Sequence record: PZ445442.1
Origin: a phage
Reading direction: 5' to 3' (one strand)
DNA length: 64,000 nt
Below are positions 37,931 to 47,435 of the stretch, in pieces (positions within the stretch are counted from its first letter, which is position 1; each line of letters starts with the position of its first letter). A program made the translations under genes and the position numbers. A model generated the notes under the pieces. That model had not been told where the DNA came from and did not search any database. It was given only the letters and a program-made list of their open reading frames with translations.

Positions 37931-40321
37931 ATGAGTATGTGGTCGTTCGATTTTGAGTCATCCGGTTTGCTGGAAGACCCAGATCTTTATTATCACTGCG
38001 GTCTGTTTAAAGAGCTGAATAAGAACCGTTTTATGCTGTTCCTTCCTCTAAATGACCGCACACACTACTCCGAGGAGGATATAGAAAAGGCTAAGAACTT
38101 CATTCTGGCAAAGAAAACTCTTTATAAAGATTTTGAAGTTCGCATAGCAGATTTTTCGGAGTTGGAAGGTTGGCTTACAGGCAATTCTGACTGGTCACCA
38201 ACAGCTTTGAACTGCCATAACTGCTACAGTTATGACTTTATGCTGATGGAAAGATTATCCGGTATTCATTTTGATATGTTCCGTGATCCTAAATGCATGG
38301 GGACTATCAACGATCACCAGGTTAACCTGTTTGATACGTTGGCGATGAGCCGAATCTTGTGGCCTGATCGCCCTTTACCAAAAGGTTGTCCGGACTCTGT
38401 ATTCAACCCGGTTACTAAGAAAATGCAGCCTGTTGGTCCCCACGGCCTTATGGCATGGGGCTACGCCCTTGGTAACCAGAAAGTTCAAATTGATGACTGG
38501 CGCGATCTTCCGTTGTGGAAGTATGTGGATCGTGTATTCGAGGACGTTATCATCCAGGAGCTGCTCTGGAAAGAGCTGGTAGCGGAATCAAAAGGTGTAT
38601 TCTACGGCAAATCTGACATGCAGAACTTTATGTACGATCCTGCCAAAGAGAAGCCGAAAGGGTTCAAGAAGATCACCTGGAAGAACGCATTACGCCGAGG
38701 CATGCTGCAGCACTTCCTGATGGAGCTGCAGGCCCGTCAGGGTGTGTATTTTGACATAGATGGAGCTATTGCTTTACGTGACCGTTGCGATGCGTGGATG
38801 AAAGAAATCGCTGATCGTGTTGAACCACAACTACCTTTAAAAGAGTTGTCAATGTCTCAGCGGCCCAAGTTCCCTGAAAAGCCGTTTAACCAAGATGGGA
38901 CAATCTCCAATAATGGTTGGAAATGGTTAAAAGATAAGCTTGGCTATCCTGTAGATATGAGCGCTTTAGAGTTCAAAGCCCCGCCTAAGCGAGCATTTAC
39001 CTCCACAGGGGATGTCAGCAAGATGGGGATAAAATGGTGTGAAGAGATGGGCTGCAAAGACCCTGATAAGATGGCTGATTTCTTGAGAGGCTATATTAAG
39101 GGCACTTCCACACCACAACCTTTACCTAAAGAGCTGATGGATCAGGCAATAAGTGATCTGCAGCAGAAGCGAATGCCTGACTGCAAGATACCTATGAAAA
39201 TCAGCAATCAGGACGACATTAAGCGGTATCTGATCAGTGCTGGCTGGCTCCCGACGATGTGGAGAACTAAGGATGTAACTAAAGACAGCAAGAAGAAAGC
39301 CCTACCTGATGCAGATGTTGATGCACGAGTATATGCATATATGGACGAGCTTTTAGAGTCAGAGTATTGTGATCTGATTATCAACTTCTGGAACAAAACT
39401 GATGCTAAGTTCCAGACAACCGTGCACAAGTTCCGAAGCTTTCCTAACTCCGAAAGGATTAAAAAGGAAGTATTCGGGAAAATACGTAGAAAAGCTAGGG
39501 CACTTATTACTTCTCCGCAACTGAAAGATACGTTTGGACACCTATGCCCGAATCTTGAAAAATTGAACGGAGAGATGGCTAAAGATATCGTCTTGTGGTT
39601 ATCTTTGCGAAACCGCAGATCGGTACTTGATCCAATCAAGGAGGATAAGGTTGATACTGGTCTTCTTAATCACCCACGTTTGAAGATTGACCATAAGCTT
39701 CCTGCTAAAAGCTCTGGATTAACAAACACTTCCAGACAGAAACACAGTATTTGTGCAAACATGCCTAAACCATCTCCTAAAGTGGTCATGGGTAAAGAGA
39801 TGCGTAGTCTGTGGGGTGTTCCTCCAGGATACTTTGAGATCGGTATTGACGGGTCCAACTTAGAGCAGCTTATCGGGGCTTGGGGTGCCTTTGAGTTCGA
39901 CAACGGATTGTATTATGATGTTGTAAGTAACGGGGACGCACACCAAAACAATGCTGAAGCATATACAAAAGTGGCAGGCAGAGAGGTGTCTCGTAACGAC
40001 GGTAAACCTATCACGTATGGGGTTATGTATGGGGCACAAAAAGATAAAGTTGCAGATATGCTGGACATCTCTCCAGAACTGGGGCAGAGAGTAATTGATG
40101 CTCTCTGGGATGCCAACCCAGGTCTTAAGGGGCGCAAAGAGGATCTGGAGAAATTCTGGGAAGCAACAGGTAAGAAATTTATCTACTCTTTTGACGGGCA
40201 TGCCATTTGGACCCGCTCTAAACACTCTTTGCTTAATGCATATCAGCAAAATGGCGGTGCATCGTTGTGCGACTTGGTCGGAATCCTCATGCACCACCAA
40301 ATGGTGAAGCGTGGATGGTAT
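37931..40321 (+). CDS. family A DNA polymerase, exon 1 (3'-5' exo + polymerase motifs A and B)
   Basis: Exo I FDFESSGL; motif A GIDGSNLEQLIGAW; motif B KPITYGVMYGAQ; track ORF runs 12 codons further into the intron to a stop at 40360. Confidence 0.65.
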
Positions 40322-41196
40322 GATGAAGGTGTTCGTCGTATTATTTATTACCATAAATAACATTGTGGCTTCGTGCAGTGATGCACGTCGAAAACCTCTT
40401 TAATTGACGGGAAGGCTAAGTTGACTTTTACACCTAAACATGGTAAAAGCTCAATATGCTAATCCGCAGCGAAGACTAAAGGGGTGTAGTTAAAATGGCT
40501 AGATCAGTTGATTATCACGGATATACCGTGTTTGATGATGGAACAATACCTTTATCGAAACGTGATCATACAACAATGTTCTGTTTTGATAATGGTCGAG
40601 GTTACCTTTGCGTAACCATGTTCATCGAGGGGAAGCAGTGCACAAAAGGTGTCCACCACTTGGTTGCTGAATGCTTTGTATCAAACCCTGATCCTGAAAG
40701 GCTCACATGGGTGAACCATAAGGACGGAAACAAATACAACAATGCATACTGGAACCTTGAATGGACCACCCCTGGTGGAAATATCAAACACGCTTATGAT
40801 AATGACCTCAGAGTAAGGCCAGTCGGTGAGTATAATGCCAACGCTGTACTGACCGAGGATGAGGTAACGGAGATTTGCGAACTGTTACAAAGTGGTTTAC
40901 GACAATGCGAGATTAGGGATCTTGGGTATCCTTATGAGACGGTCAGAGCCATAAAGCAAAGAAGACAGTGGAAACATATCTCTAAAAACTACACCTGGTA
41001 GTAACGTTCAGAGACTATCGAAAGCATAGCGCCAACATAAATTGGTGCGAAGAAGCGAGTAGAGTAGGCCAGCAAGTGCGGTCGAAATGGGAGGTGCCTT
41101 GGTAACAAGGTAGTGAGATAGTCCGATCCATACAGGAAACTGTATGGCTGTGCACGTAATGGTGCGGGGTAGCTTAACGACCTACCTGAACTATTG
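40322..41196 (+). mobile_element. group I intron with HNH homing endonuclease ORF, inside the DNA polymerase gene
   Basis: Elements matching the conserved P (AATTGACGGGAA, 40402-40413), Q (AATCCGCAGC, 40461-40470), R (GTTCAGAGACTATC, 41006-41019) and S (GAGATAGTCC, 41115-41124) sequences; P9-like hairpin CCATACAG-GAAA-CTGTATGG (41128-41147); U at -1 (40321) and terminal G (41196); boundaries inferred. Confidence 0.6.
40495..41001 (+). CDS. intron-encoded HNH homing endonuclease
   Basis: 168 aa; HNH region GVHHLVAECFVSNPDPERLTWVNHKDGNKYNNAYWNLEW; lies between intron Q and R elements. Confidence 0.65.
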   Translation: MARSVDYHGYTVFDDGTIPLSKRDHTTMFCFDNGRGYLCVTMFIEGKQCTKGVHHLVAECFVSNPDPERLTWVNHKDGNKYNNAYWNLEWTTPGGNIKHAYDNDLRVRPVGEYNANAVLTEDEVTEICELLQSGLRQCEIRDLGYPYETVRAIKQRRQWKHISKNYTW

Positions 41197-41550
41197 GATG
41201 AGTACCAACTTCAAGTGCCTGACACACCTAAGTATAAAACCGTATACACCTTCGACACAATTGAAGAGCTGGAAACATTTAAGGCCAAGCAGGAGGCTAA
41301 ACTTCATGTGTTCGACGGTCATAAGTACAAAAAGGCACGCAAGGATGAGGATGGAAACGAAGTGGTTGACAAGGACGGAAATACGGTGTACGATCCTATC
41401 CTGAACGATGACGGAAAGCTTGAACTTATCTGGAGCCCTGTGGGTGAAATGGTGGTGCATTGCTTCTGGCAAGCTTCTAAAATGATGGGAGTCCCGTTCC
41501 AGATCACAGGTGAATACTTGTGTGGTCGTAATTGGGGTGATTGTCACTAA
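41197..41550 (+). CDS. family A DNA polymerase, exon 2 (C-terminal region)
   Basis: Begins DEYQLQV, which joined to exon 1 gives GWY|DEYQLQV (motif C-like); ends GRNWGDCH with terminal His, as I recall for T7 gp5 and E. coli Pol I. Confidence 0.55.
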   Translation, partial: DEYQLQVPDTPKYKTVYTFDTIEELETFKAKQEAKLHVFDGHKYKKARKDEDGNEVVDKDGNTVYDPILNDDGKLELIWSPVGEMVVHCFWQASKMMGVPFQITGEYLCGRNWGDCH

Positions 41551-41599
41551 TGTAAACTATCAACACATGGAAGTGTTGTTGAGCAAAGAGGAGACTTTT

Positions 41600-41884
41600 A
41601 TGGTAGTAGAACCAACAAAAACATTTACATCCATGACTATCCCTGTTATTATGCAGGTGGAGTGTGTTCAGGTATCTCAAGTGTGGCCTGGCACCAAAAT
41701 CCCAACAGGGCCTGATTTCTTTCAGGTTGGGAAAGTGTACAATGTCTGGAAGGCACCAGATTGTTACCCTTTCATTAAAGATGACCGTGGGATGCTGTGG
41801 TACCTTGGAAATGACTTGACACTGCACCTTGGGAATACTATTATTGCAGTATTCAGACTTAACAAGAAGGAGACCGATCAATGA
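41600..41884 (+). CDS. small protein, tandem paralog family B
   Basis: 94 aa from ATG 41600 (RBS AGAGGAG); shares GK.Y.V......D..G..W core with neighbours. Confidence 0.4.
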   Translation: MVVEPTKTFTSMTIPVIMQVECVQVSQVWPGTKIPTGPDFFQVGKVYNVWKAPDCYPFIKDDRGMLWYLGNDLTLHLGNTIIAVFRLNKKETDQ

Positions 41885-42108
41885 CGACTTTGGTTAAAGC
41901 TACCTTTGTAGAAGAAAAGATGACAGACCTGTCATTCTTTAAAGAAGGAAAGACCTACGAGGTTTATTACGATAAAGCTCGTGCAAACAAAATGATTAAA
42001 GACGAGGAAGGGGTTGCCTGGTATATCTCTCACCTGGCAAACGGTGAGTATCATATCTACGGAACCACTTTGCTTGCCAAGTTTGTAGTTGTTGAAGAGG
42101 ACCTATGA
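41881..42108 (+). CDS. small protein, tandem paralog family B
   Basis: 75 aa; GKTYEVYYDK..DEEGVAWYISHLANGEYHIYG. Confidence 0.45.
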   Translation: MTTLVKATFVEEKMTDLSFFKEGKTYEVYYDKARANKMIKDEEGVAWYISHLANGEYHIYGTTLLAKFVVVEEDL

Positions 42109-42299
42109 AAGTAAAGTATCTTGCTGAAGGTATGAATAGGTATTTTACCCTTGGTGAAGAATATTGGCCCTTTACAAACAACGGCGATGTCTACGTGAAA
42201 GATAATTTCGGCACGCCGTGGTTTCTGCACTCTAATGGGCTGGGATACTCCATTTACTGCGGTGCAGTGAACAACACAACTCTTGCAGAGTTCGTTTAG
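42105..42299 (+). CDS. small protein, tandem paralog family B
   Basis: 64 aa; GEEYWPFTNNGDVYVKDNFGTPWFLHSNG. Confidence 0.45.
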   Translation: MKVKYLAEGMNRYFTLGEEYWPFTNNGDVYVKDNFGTPWFLHSNGLGYSIYCGAVNNTTLAEFV

Positions 42300-42309
42300 A
42301 GGAGGTAGG

Positions 42310-42681
42310 ATGTTAGTAAAAGGTACCCACACAGTCAAACAACGTATTGAAGTTGAGATTGATGATTGTGAGCTGAAGCATATTTTACGGTCATGCTCCA
42401 ACGTTTTGCTCCTTAGTATTCTTCAGGAGCGAGCGGAGAAAGAGTTCTTAAATGCATTGGCAGGCCGTCCCGGTGACTTCTGTGTGCGTAAGCGTGGTGA
42501 CAACAAGTCGTGGTTGTGGGAGATCGATGCCGACTGGGATTACCACAAAAATGAGGGTATAGATGAGCCTATTCGTGAACTGACGGACAAAGAGATTCAG
42601 ATGTACAATGAAGTTTGTCATTGGGCAACACGCCAACAAATTTACCTAGACCCTGTGTGGCTGATTGAAAATAGTCGTTGA
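42310..42681 (+). CDS. hypothetical protein
   Basis: 123 aa from ATG 42310 (RBS GAGGAGG). Confidence 0.45.
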   Translation: MLVKGTHTVKQRIEVEIDDCELKHILRSCSNVLLLSILQERAEKEFLNALAGRPGDFCVRKRGDNKSWLWEIDADWDYHKNEGIDEPIRELTDKEIQMYNEVCHWATRQQIYLDPVWLIENSR

Positions 42682-42757
42682 CAAGAAGTAAGGCTAGATG
42701 TAAGATACTCCCCACAAACAGAGTATTGATTGTTAAATAATTAAGGAGACCTCTAAG

Positions 42758-43012
42758 ATGAAAATCATGTTGAAACCAGAATGCGTTGCAAACGACCGAG
42801 CTTTTAAAGATTGCACACTTGGCGCTACTTATGAAGCAGAGTTTTGTGAGAACCCTTTGGTAAAAGCCCTTTTGGAAGAAGGGGCCCCTCTATCACAAGA
42901 AGAGCTTGATGAGCTGGAAAACTCAGCACAGTGCCTTACCTTTAAAGATGATGAAGGAGACTCTGTCTGGTGCACTGTTAATGAAGTAGTTTTTGTAAAA
43001 CCTGAACATTAA
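42758..43012 (+). CDS. small protein (paralog of 43076..43336)
   Basis: 84 aa; DRAFKDCTLGATYEA..DDEGDSVWCTVNEVVFV; RBS AAGGAGA. Confidence 0.45.
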   Translation: MKIMLKPECVANDRAFKDCTLGATYEAEFCENPLVKALLEEGAPLSQEELDELENSAQCLTFKDDEGDSVWCTVNEVVFVKPEH

Positions 43013-43075
43013 TACTTGACAACAGTGATGGGGCCTAATATAATGGCCCTATCAAAACGAAAGGGGACCACAGCA

Positions 43076-43336
43076 ATGACCAAACAATATCAACGAATTA
43101 AAGCCAAGGTTAAGCCAGACTATCTGGAGAAAGACTCTGCTTTTCGGGACTGCACAGCCGACAAAGTTTACACAGGGGCTGTCCTGTTGAACGATAAACT
43201 TGAAGTAGATGTGCTGGGTAAAGAGGCCGTTATCGAGGATGACAACGGTGACTGTGTTTTCTGCACCACACGAGAGCTAGAAGTCTTAGAATATTTCGGT
43301 GAAATCTTCAACTCCTTAGACGACGAGGAAGCGTGA
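43076..43336 (+). CDS. small protein (paralog of 42758..43012)
   Basis: 86 aa from ATG 43076; DSAFRDCTADKVYTGA..DDNGDCVFCTTRELEVL. Confidence 0.45.
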   Translation: MTKQYQRIKAKVKPDYLEKDSAFRDCTADKVYTGAVLLNDKLEVDVLGKEAVIEDDNGDCVFCTTRELEVLEYFGEIFNSLDDEEA

Positions 43337-43725
43337 TGAAAAATATTTGGGATATCGATATCTTTGAAGCCTCTAAGCTTGACGGTGCTGATGGAGTGAT
43401 TATGGTGTCTGATGGCAAGGCAACACTAACTTCCGGAGATATCATCTATGCCTTGGACGAGCTGGCGCTTCTGAAATCTACCGGTAACACTTTGGAGGAG
43501 CGTCTTCAAGGATTCTCTTTCAAAGAAGGTACAAATACAGCCATGATGTGCACCACACGGACAGTTCAGGTTGGTAACGGTGTCTATATGATTATTGCTG
43601 TGTGTCCTAAATTCAGCAACGTCAACAAAGATGATGCTGACGCGGTCAACGATGTGGTTGTTCTCTTCGTGGGTGACGCTATGGCAGATCTGATGAATGC
43701 AGGAGAAGCAGCAAATGAAGACTGA
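43333..43725 (+). CDS. hypothetical protein
   Basis: 130-aa ORF, ATGA overlap. Confidence 0.45.
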   Translation: MMKNIWDIDIFEASKLDGADGVIMVSDGKATLTSGDIIYALDELALLKSTGNTLEERLQGFSFKEGTNTAMMCTTRTVQVGNGVYMIIAVCPKFSNVNKDDADAVNDVVVLFVGDAMADLMNAGEAANED

Positions 43726-44017
43726 AAACATCACCCCAGCAGGGTTCTTAAAAGTATACCGTGAACTGCTATATACTACAGAGGACAGTGTTCTAGAGTA
43801 TCCAGAATATCTTTTGCTGTATAAGTATCTGCAGGAGGCTGGTGAAAATCTGCCAGTTAGTGCAGAAGGTGGTCCAAACTGGATATACAGCGCATGGAGA
43901 AAGGTTGACATTCTCCCAGACCCAGGTAAAGATATGGTAGTTTGGCAGCTTATCAACAACATCGGGATTCCAATCTTTGATGAAGCTGTTAAAATCTATT
44001 TTGAACTTGACGATTAA
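43715..44017 (+). CDS. hypothetical protein
   Basis: 100 aa from ATG 43715 (RBS AGGAGA); the track ORF starts 18 nt earlier. Confidence 0.4.
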   Translation: MKTENITPAGFLKVYRELLYTTEDSVLEYPEYLLLYKYLQEAGENLPVSAEGGPNWIYSAWRKVDILPDPGKDMVVWQLINNIGIPIFDEAVKIYFELDD

Positions 44018-44034
44018 TATCAGGAGACCTTAAG

Positions 44035-44280
44035 ATGACTGAAGCAGTTGCTCGCGCAGGACAGAAAGTACGTTGTGTTGAAGTAGGTTTTGGTGGCAAA
44101 GGGTGTCAAAACTTGACTCAAGGTAAGGAATACGCTGTTATCTCTGGGGGTGGAGACGAAAGTATTGTGTTCGAGGGCCACATCCTGGGTGCTGAAAACT
44201 TTGAAATCTTTGACGACGATGGGGACCCGATCACCTGCCTGCTGGACGGGAATTGGGGAACTTTCGAAGTGATTGGCTAA
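44035..44280 (+). CDS. small protein, family B-like
   Basis: 81 aa; QGKEYAVISGGGDESIVFEGHILG; RBS AGGAGA. Confidence 0.45.
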   Translation: MTEAVARAGQKVRCVEVGFGGKGCQNLTQGKEYAVISGGGDESIVFEGHILGAENFEIFDDDGDPITCLLDGNWGTFEVIG

Positions 44281-44363
44281 CAAATACCTATTGTAATTTA
44301 CAGAAGGGGATGCTAAAATAGTGTCTCCTTCTATGTTGTTCAAATAAAATCGGAGATTCCATA

Positions 44364-44729
44364 ATGGAACAAATGAACGATCAAGCGTCGGTTGCGATGA
44401 ACGAGCAAGAACAACCTCAAGAATTTTTCTTAGGGTTAAGTAAAGATCAAGTGTCTCTTCTGCTAGTGCTTTCTTCTTTCATGGGAAGACTTCAGGAGCT
44501 TACACAACAGCCAGAGGCTGAACAATTATTCCAGGCTCTGCGTGAAGAAGAAAAATATCGTCGTTTGGACTATGCCTTAGGTTGGGTAGCTCAACAACGA
44601 GATATGCTGATGGCCCTCTCTGGGACCACAAGTTTTGCAATGGGCCTGTTGGCTCAAGTTCAGGACAAATTAATTCAAGCAGGGTTTGCACACACGGCAA
44701 ACACTAACGAAGAACAAGGAGATAAATAA
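44364..44729 (+). CDS. hypothetical protein
   Basis: 121-aa ORF, RBS GGAGA. Confidence 0.45.
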   Translation: MEQMNDQASVAMNEQEQPQEFFLGLSKDQVSLLLVLSSFMGRLQELTQQPEAEQLFQALREEEKYRRLDYALGWVAQQRDMLMALSGTTSFAMGLLAQVQDKLIQAGFAHTANTNEEQGDK

Positions 44730-46000
44730 TGAGCGTTATTCAACAATTCGCTAACCCGATGAATCCGCGTGAAACTGTTTTACTAGCTCACGGCATGATT
44801 AAACGTGTCAGCATCAAGCCTATCAAAGGTGCTGATCCTACAACAGGTATTAAAACCACTGTGTGGCAAGGTAAGAAAATTGAATCCAGCCACACCATCT
44901 CTTTACTGATTTCTGAACTGGATTCCTCTGATAACCTACTTCAAGGTGGTGAAGAAGTTTGGATCAGTATGGGCGATAAGCTGCTTAAACCAGGTCATCA
45001 AGACTCTGTCTCTGTTAAAATTGATGACAAGTGGGAAACCGTAACGCCAGGATGGATCGTAAATATCCCTTTGAAGGCAAACGAGCATAACGGTAAGACC
45101 TACTACAAAGGCTCACTGGCTAAGATGGTTAAGCTGGGTGCAGGAGAGGCTCCAGCAGCGACTCAGCAGCAAAAACAGCAACAAGGTGCACAATCACAAG
45201 GCCAGAAGCAGAAACCTCAGCAGAATGCCAATCAGGGCGTTTTACGCATCTATGGTGATGTGACTCAGATTGTTGGCAACGTGGTTACTGTTAATGACCA
45301 CAAGATTGGCGAAGGTGCTATGGTTGTAACTGATGAGCAGCTTAAAGACCTAGTGGTAGGTGGTCGTGTTGCAGCCATTGTTGACAAAGACACCGGAAAC
45401 ATTATCAGTGGTTTCAAGGCCTATCCTCCTAAGGCAGAGAACGGTACTCAAGGCTCCGGTGGCAAGCGTAAATCCTCTTACGACCCTATTGGTGTGGAGA
45501 CGGGGCATAGCATCAATGCGTTGCAGATCATCCTGGATCGCGGGTTTAAGGTGGACGACCCACTAGGTGTGGCTAAAACACTGCACGTAGTCACCATTGA
45601 GCTTAAGAAAGAGTATGCTCAAGCCACCAACCGAACTGAAGATGAAGTAGGTGCCAGTGTCGGTAATGCGGTGTTGAACGCTTGTCGCCGTATTGACAAG
45701 AAAACGAAAGTTGATGATTTTGCAGCGGCAATTACTGCAGAAGCAAAAGATGTCTTGACTAATCTGGCTGAGCCGTTGTACGATTGGATCAAGAACGGTG
45801 CTGAGTCCACTGACCATCAAGAACCTCAAGCTGCCAAACAGGAAGCCGCTCCACAGCAAAACACTGTAGACGCACCTCCTGTAAATGATGAGGAAGATGA
45901 CCCGATGGGTCAGAATCCGGCGCAGTATGACTTCTGTGATGACATACCTTTCGCTCCGGTAGGTTTGCAATATGGCAAAAGTAGAATCCACGCATTGTAA
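44729..46000 (+). CDS. putative ssDNA-binding protein (SSB-like acidic tail with DDIPF)
   Basis: 423 aa; Gln-rich linker and acidic C-terminal region ending ..[22 protein letters not shown] plus a 17-aa extension that overlaps the next gene. Confidence 0.45.
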   Translation: MSVIQQFANPMNPRETVLLAHGMIKRVSIKPIKGADPTTGIKTTVWQGKKIESSHTISLLISELDSSDNLLQGGEEVWISMGDKLLKPGHQDSVSVKIDDKWETVTPGWIVNIPLKANEHNGKTYYKGSLAKMVKLGAGEAPAATQQQKQQQGAQSQGQKQKPQQNANQGVLRIYGDVTQIVGNVVTVNDHKIGEGAMVVTDEQLKDLVVGGRVAAIVDKDTGNIISGFKAYPPKAENGTQGSGGKRKSSYDPIGVETGHSINALQIILDRGFKVDDPLGVAKTLHVVTIELKKEYAQATNRTEDEVGASVGNAVLNACRRIDKKTKVDDFAAAITAEAKDVLTNLAEPLYDWIKNGAESTDHQEPQAAKQEAAPQQNTVDAPPVNDEEDDPMGQNPAQYDFCDDIPFAPVGLQYGKSRIHAL

Positions 46001-46595
46001 GAGGTGCATCAAGTGCGGAGAGGTGAAAGACATCTCCGAGTTCTACAAACACCCAAAGATGTCTGACGGTCATCTTAATAAGTGCAAAGAGTGTTGCAAG
46101 AAGGCCAGCAGGGAGGCTGACCAATTTTCCCACGACTCTTCAGAAAAAGGTGTAATACGCGTGCTGTACAAGGCTCAAAAGTGCAACAGCAAGCAAAGAG
46201 GTCACCCGCCTCCGACTTACACCAAAAAAGAGTTTAAGGAGTGGCTATACCTAAACGGTTACAAAGAGTTGTATGATCAGTGGGTAGCCAGCGGATACGA
46301 CAAAAGGAAAAAGCCTTCTTGTGACAGGATAGATGATTTCAAAGGGTACTCTTTTGATAATATCCGTTTAACGACTTGGGGAGAAAATAAAGACAAGCAG
46401 ACAGAGGATATTCTGTTGCATAGAAGCACCAGCGGTAGACGGTGTAAAAATGTAAGGAGGCTGGACATGAATGGCAACGTTCTTAAAGAATGGGTATCCC
46501 ACAATTCTTGTAGAAGAGAAACCGGAATATGTGTTGATTACTACATTCATGAAAAAATTCCAGCCCCAGATGGATACCTCTACGAATACTTTTAG
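45972..46595 (+). CDS. HNH-type homing endonuclease with N-terminal zinc finger
   Basis: 207 aa; CKRCIKCG...CKECCKK zinc-finger-like; [23 protein letters not shown] nuclease motif; overlaps the 3' end of the SSB-like gene. Confidence 0.5.
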   Translation: MAKVESTHCKRCIKCGEVKDISEFYKHPKMSDGHLNKCKECCKKASREADQFSHDSSEKGVIRVLYKAQKCNSKQRGHPPPTYTKKEFKEWLYLNGYKELYDQWVASGYDKRKKPSCDRIDDFKGYSFDNIRLTTWGENKDKQTEDILLHRSTSGRRCKNVRRLDMNGNVLKEWVSHNSCRRETGICVDYYIHEKIPAPDGYLYEYF

Positions 46596-46610
46596 CACCT
46601 AACTAACATA

Positions 46611-46638
46611 GCCCTGCCCGAAAGGGTGGGGCATTTTT
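46611..46638 (+). terminator. Rho-independent terminator (copy 2 of duplicated terminator)
   Basis: Same GCCCTGCCC-GAAA-GGGTGGGGC hairpin as at 34334, followed by ATTTTT. Confidence 0.6.
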
Positions 46639-46657
46639 GTATAAGGAGATCTGAAAA

Positions 46658-47074
46658 ATGACATTAGAAGATATCATTGTTAAACCTGAGAACTATGACC
46701 AATACAACCTGTCAACTCAATCTGTAGACCTTGGATGCGCCACAGTTAGTGCGTGGCTGGTTAACGGAAAAGAGCTGGACAAGTGCTTAGAAGCTCACAT
46801 GTCTGTTAACAAGTTTCTGGATGAAAATACTCACTGGCTGGAAGGTGCAGGCGTATATGCTTCATGGTTGGAGAGCATGGGCTTTGACTATCAATCTGAT
46901 GAAGGGTGGTGGAGCTATCTAGCTATCTGTCCAGAAACACTGCAATGCTTCATGAAATACTCTGAAGATCTTGAGTACCGAGCGGTGGTTGATAGTGCTA
47001 TTGCCCGTTATAGCCGTAAACCTTTTTCCCACGACATTAAAACTGTGGAAGAGTTTGTTGAAGTTTTCTGTTGA
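46658..47074 (+). CDS. hypothetical protein
   Basis: 138-aa ORF, RBS AAGGAGA. Confidence 0.45.
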   Translation: MTLEDIIVKPENYDQYNLSTQSVDLGCATVSAWLVNGKELDKCLEAHMSVNKFLDENTHWLEGAGVYASWLESMGFDYQSDEGWWSYLAICPETLQCFMKYSEDLEYRAVVDSAIARYSRKPFSHDIKTVEEFVEVFC

Positions 47075-47169
47075 CACAGGTTGAAAGGTGTGCAATTATA
47101 ACTTCATAGACGGGAGGACGTGATGAACGAAGAAAACTGGGATGTATAACTAACAGGAGGCCACTGCCC

Positions 47170-47367
47170 ATGATTTATCGAATCCGTGTAAGAGAAGATG
47201 CACCAGGCTGTTACTTTGACTGGCGTGGGTGGTGGTTTCTCCACCCAATGGATGGACTCACAGATAGAATGCTGGATGCTGCCCTTTATACAGATACCGA
47301 TATAGAATATAATCTCTATCTGAAGGACGGTATAGATAACGGCCTGTTTGAAGCAATTCCTGTGTAA
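47170..47367 (+). CDS. hypothetical protein
   Basis: 65-aa ORF, RBS AGGAGG. Confidence 0.4.
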   Translation: MIYRIRVREDAPGCYFDWRGWWFLHPMDGLTDRMLDAALYTDTDIEYNLYLKDGIDNGLFEAIPV

Positions 47368-47435
47368 GAGGCTGTGATAGCTATGTTTTATGATCTTCCT
47401 GTAGCACCACCACCTGTTGAACCCGGAGAACTAAG

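Noticed and set aside
41194-41550. 41194..41550 as an independent gene
   Set aside because: Its track start is an in-frame TTG inside the intron with no RBS, and its product is the conserved C-terminus of a family A polymerase; it is better explained as exon 2 beginning at 41197.
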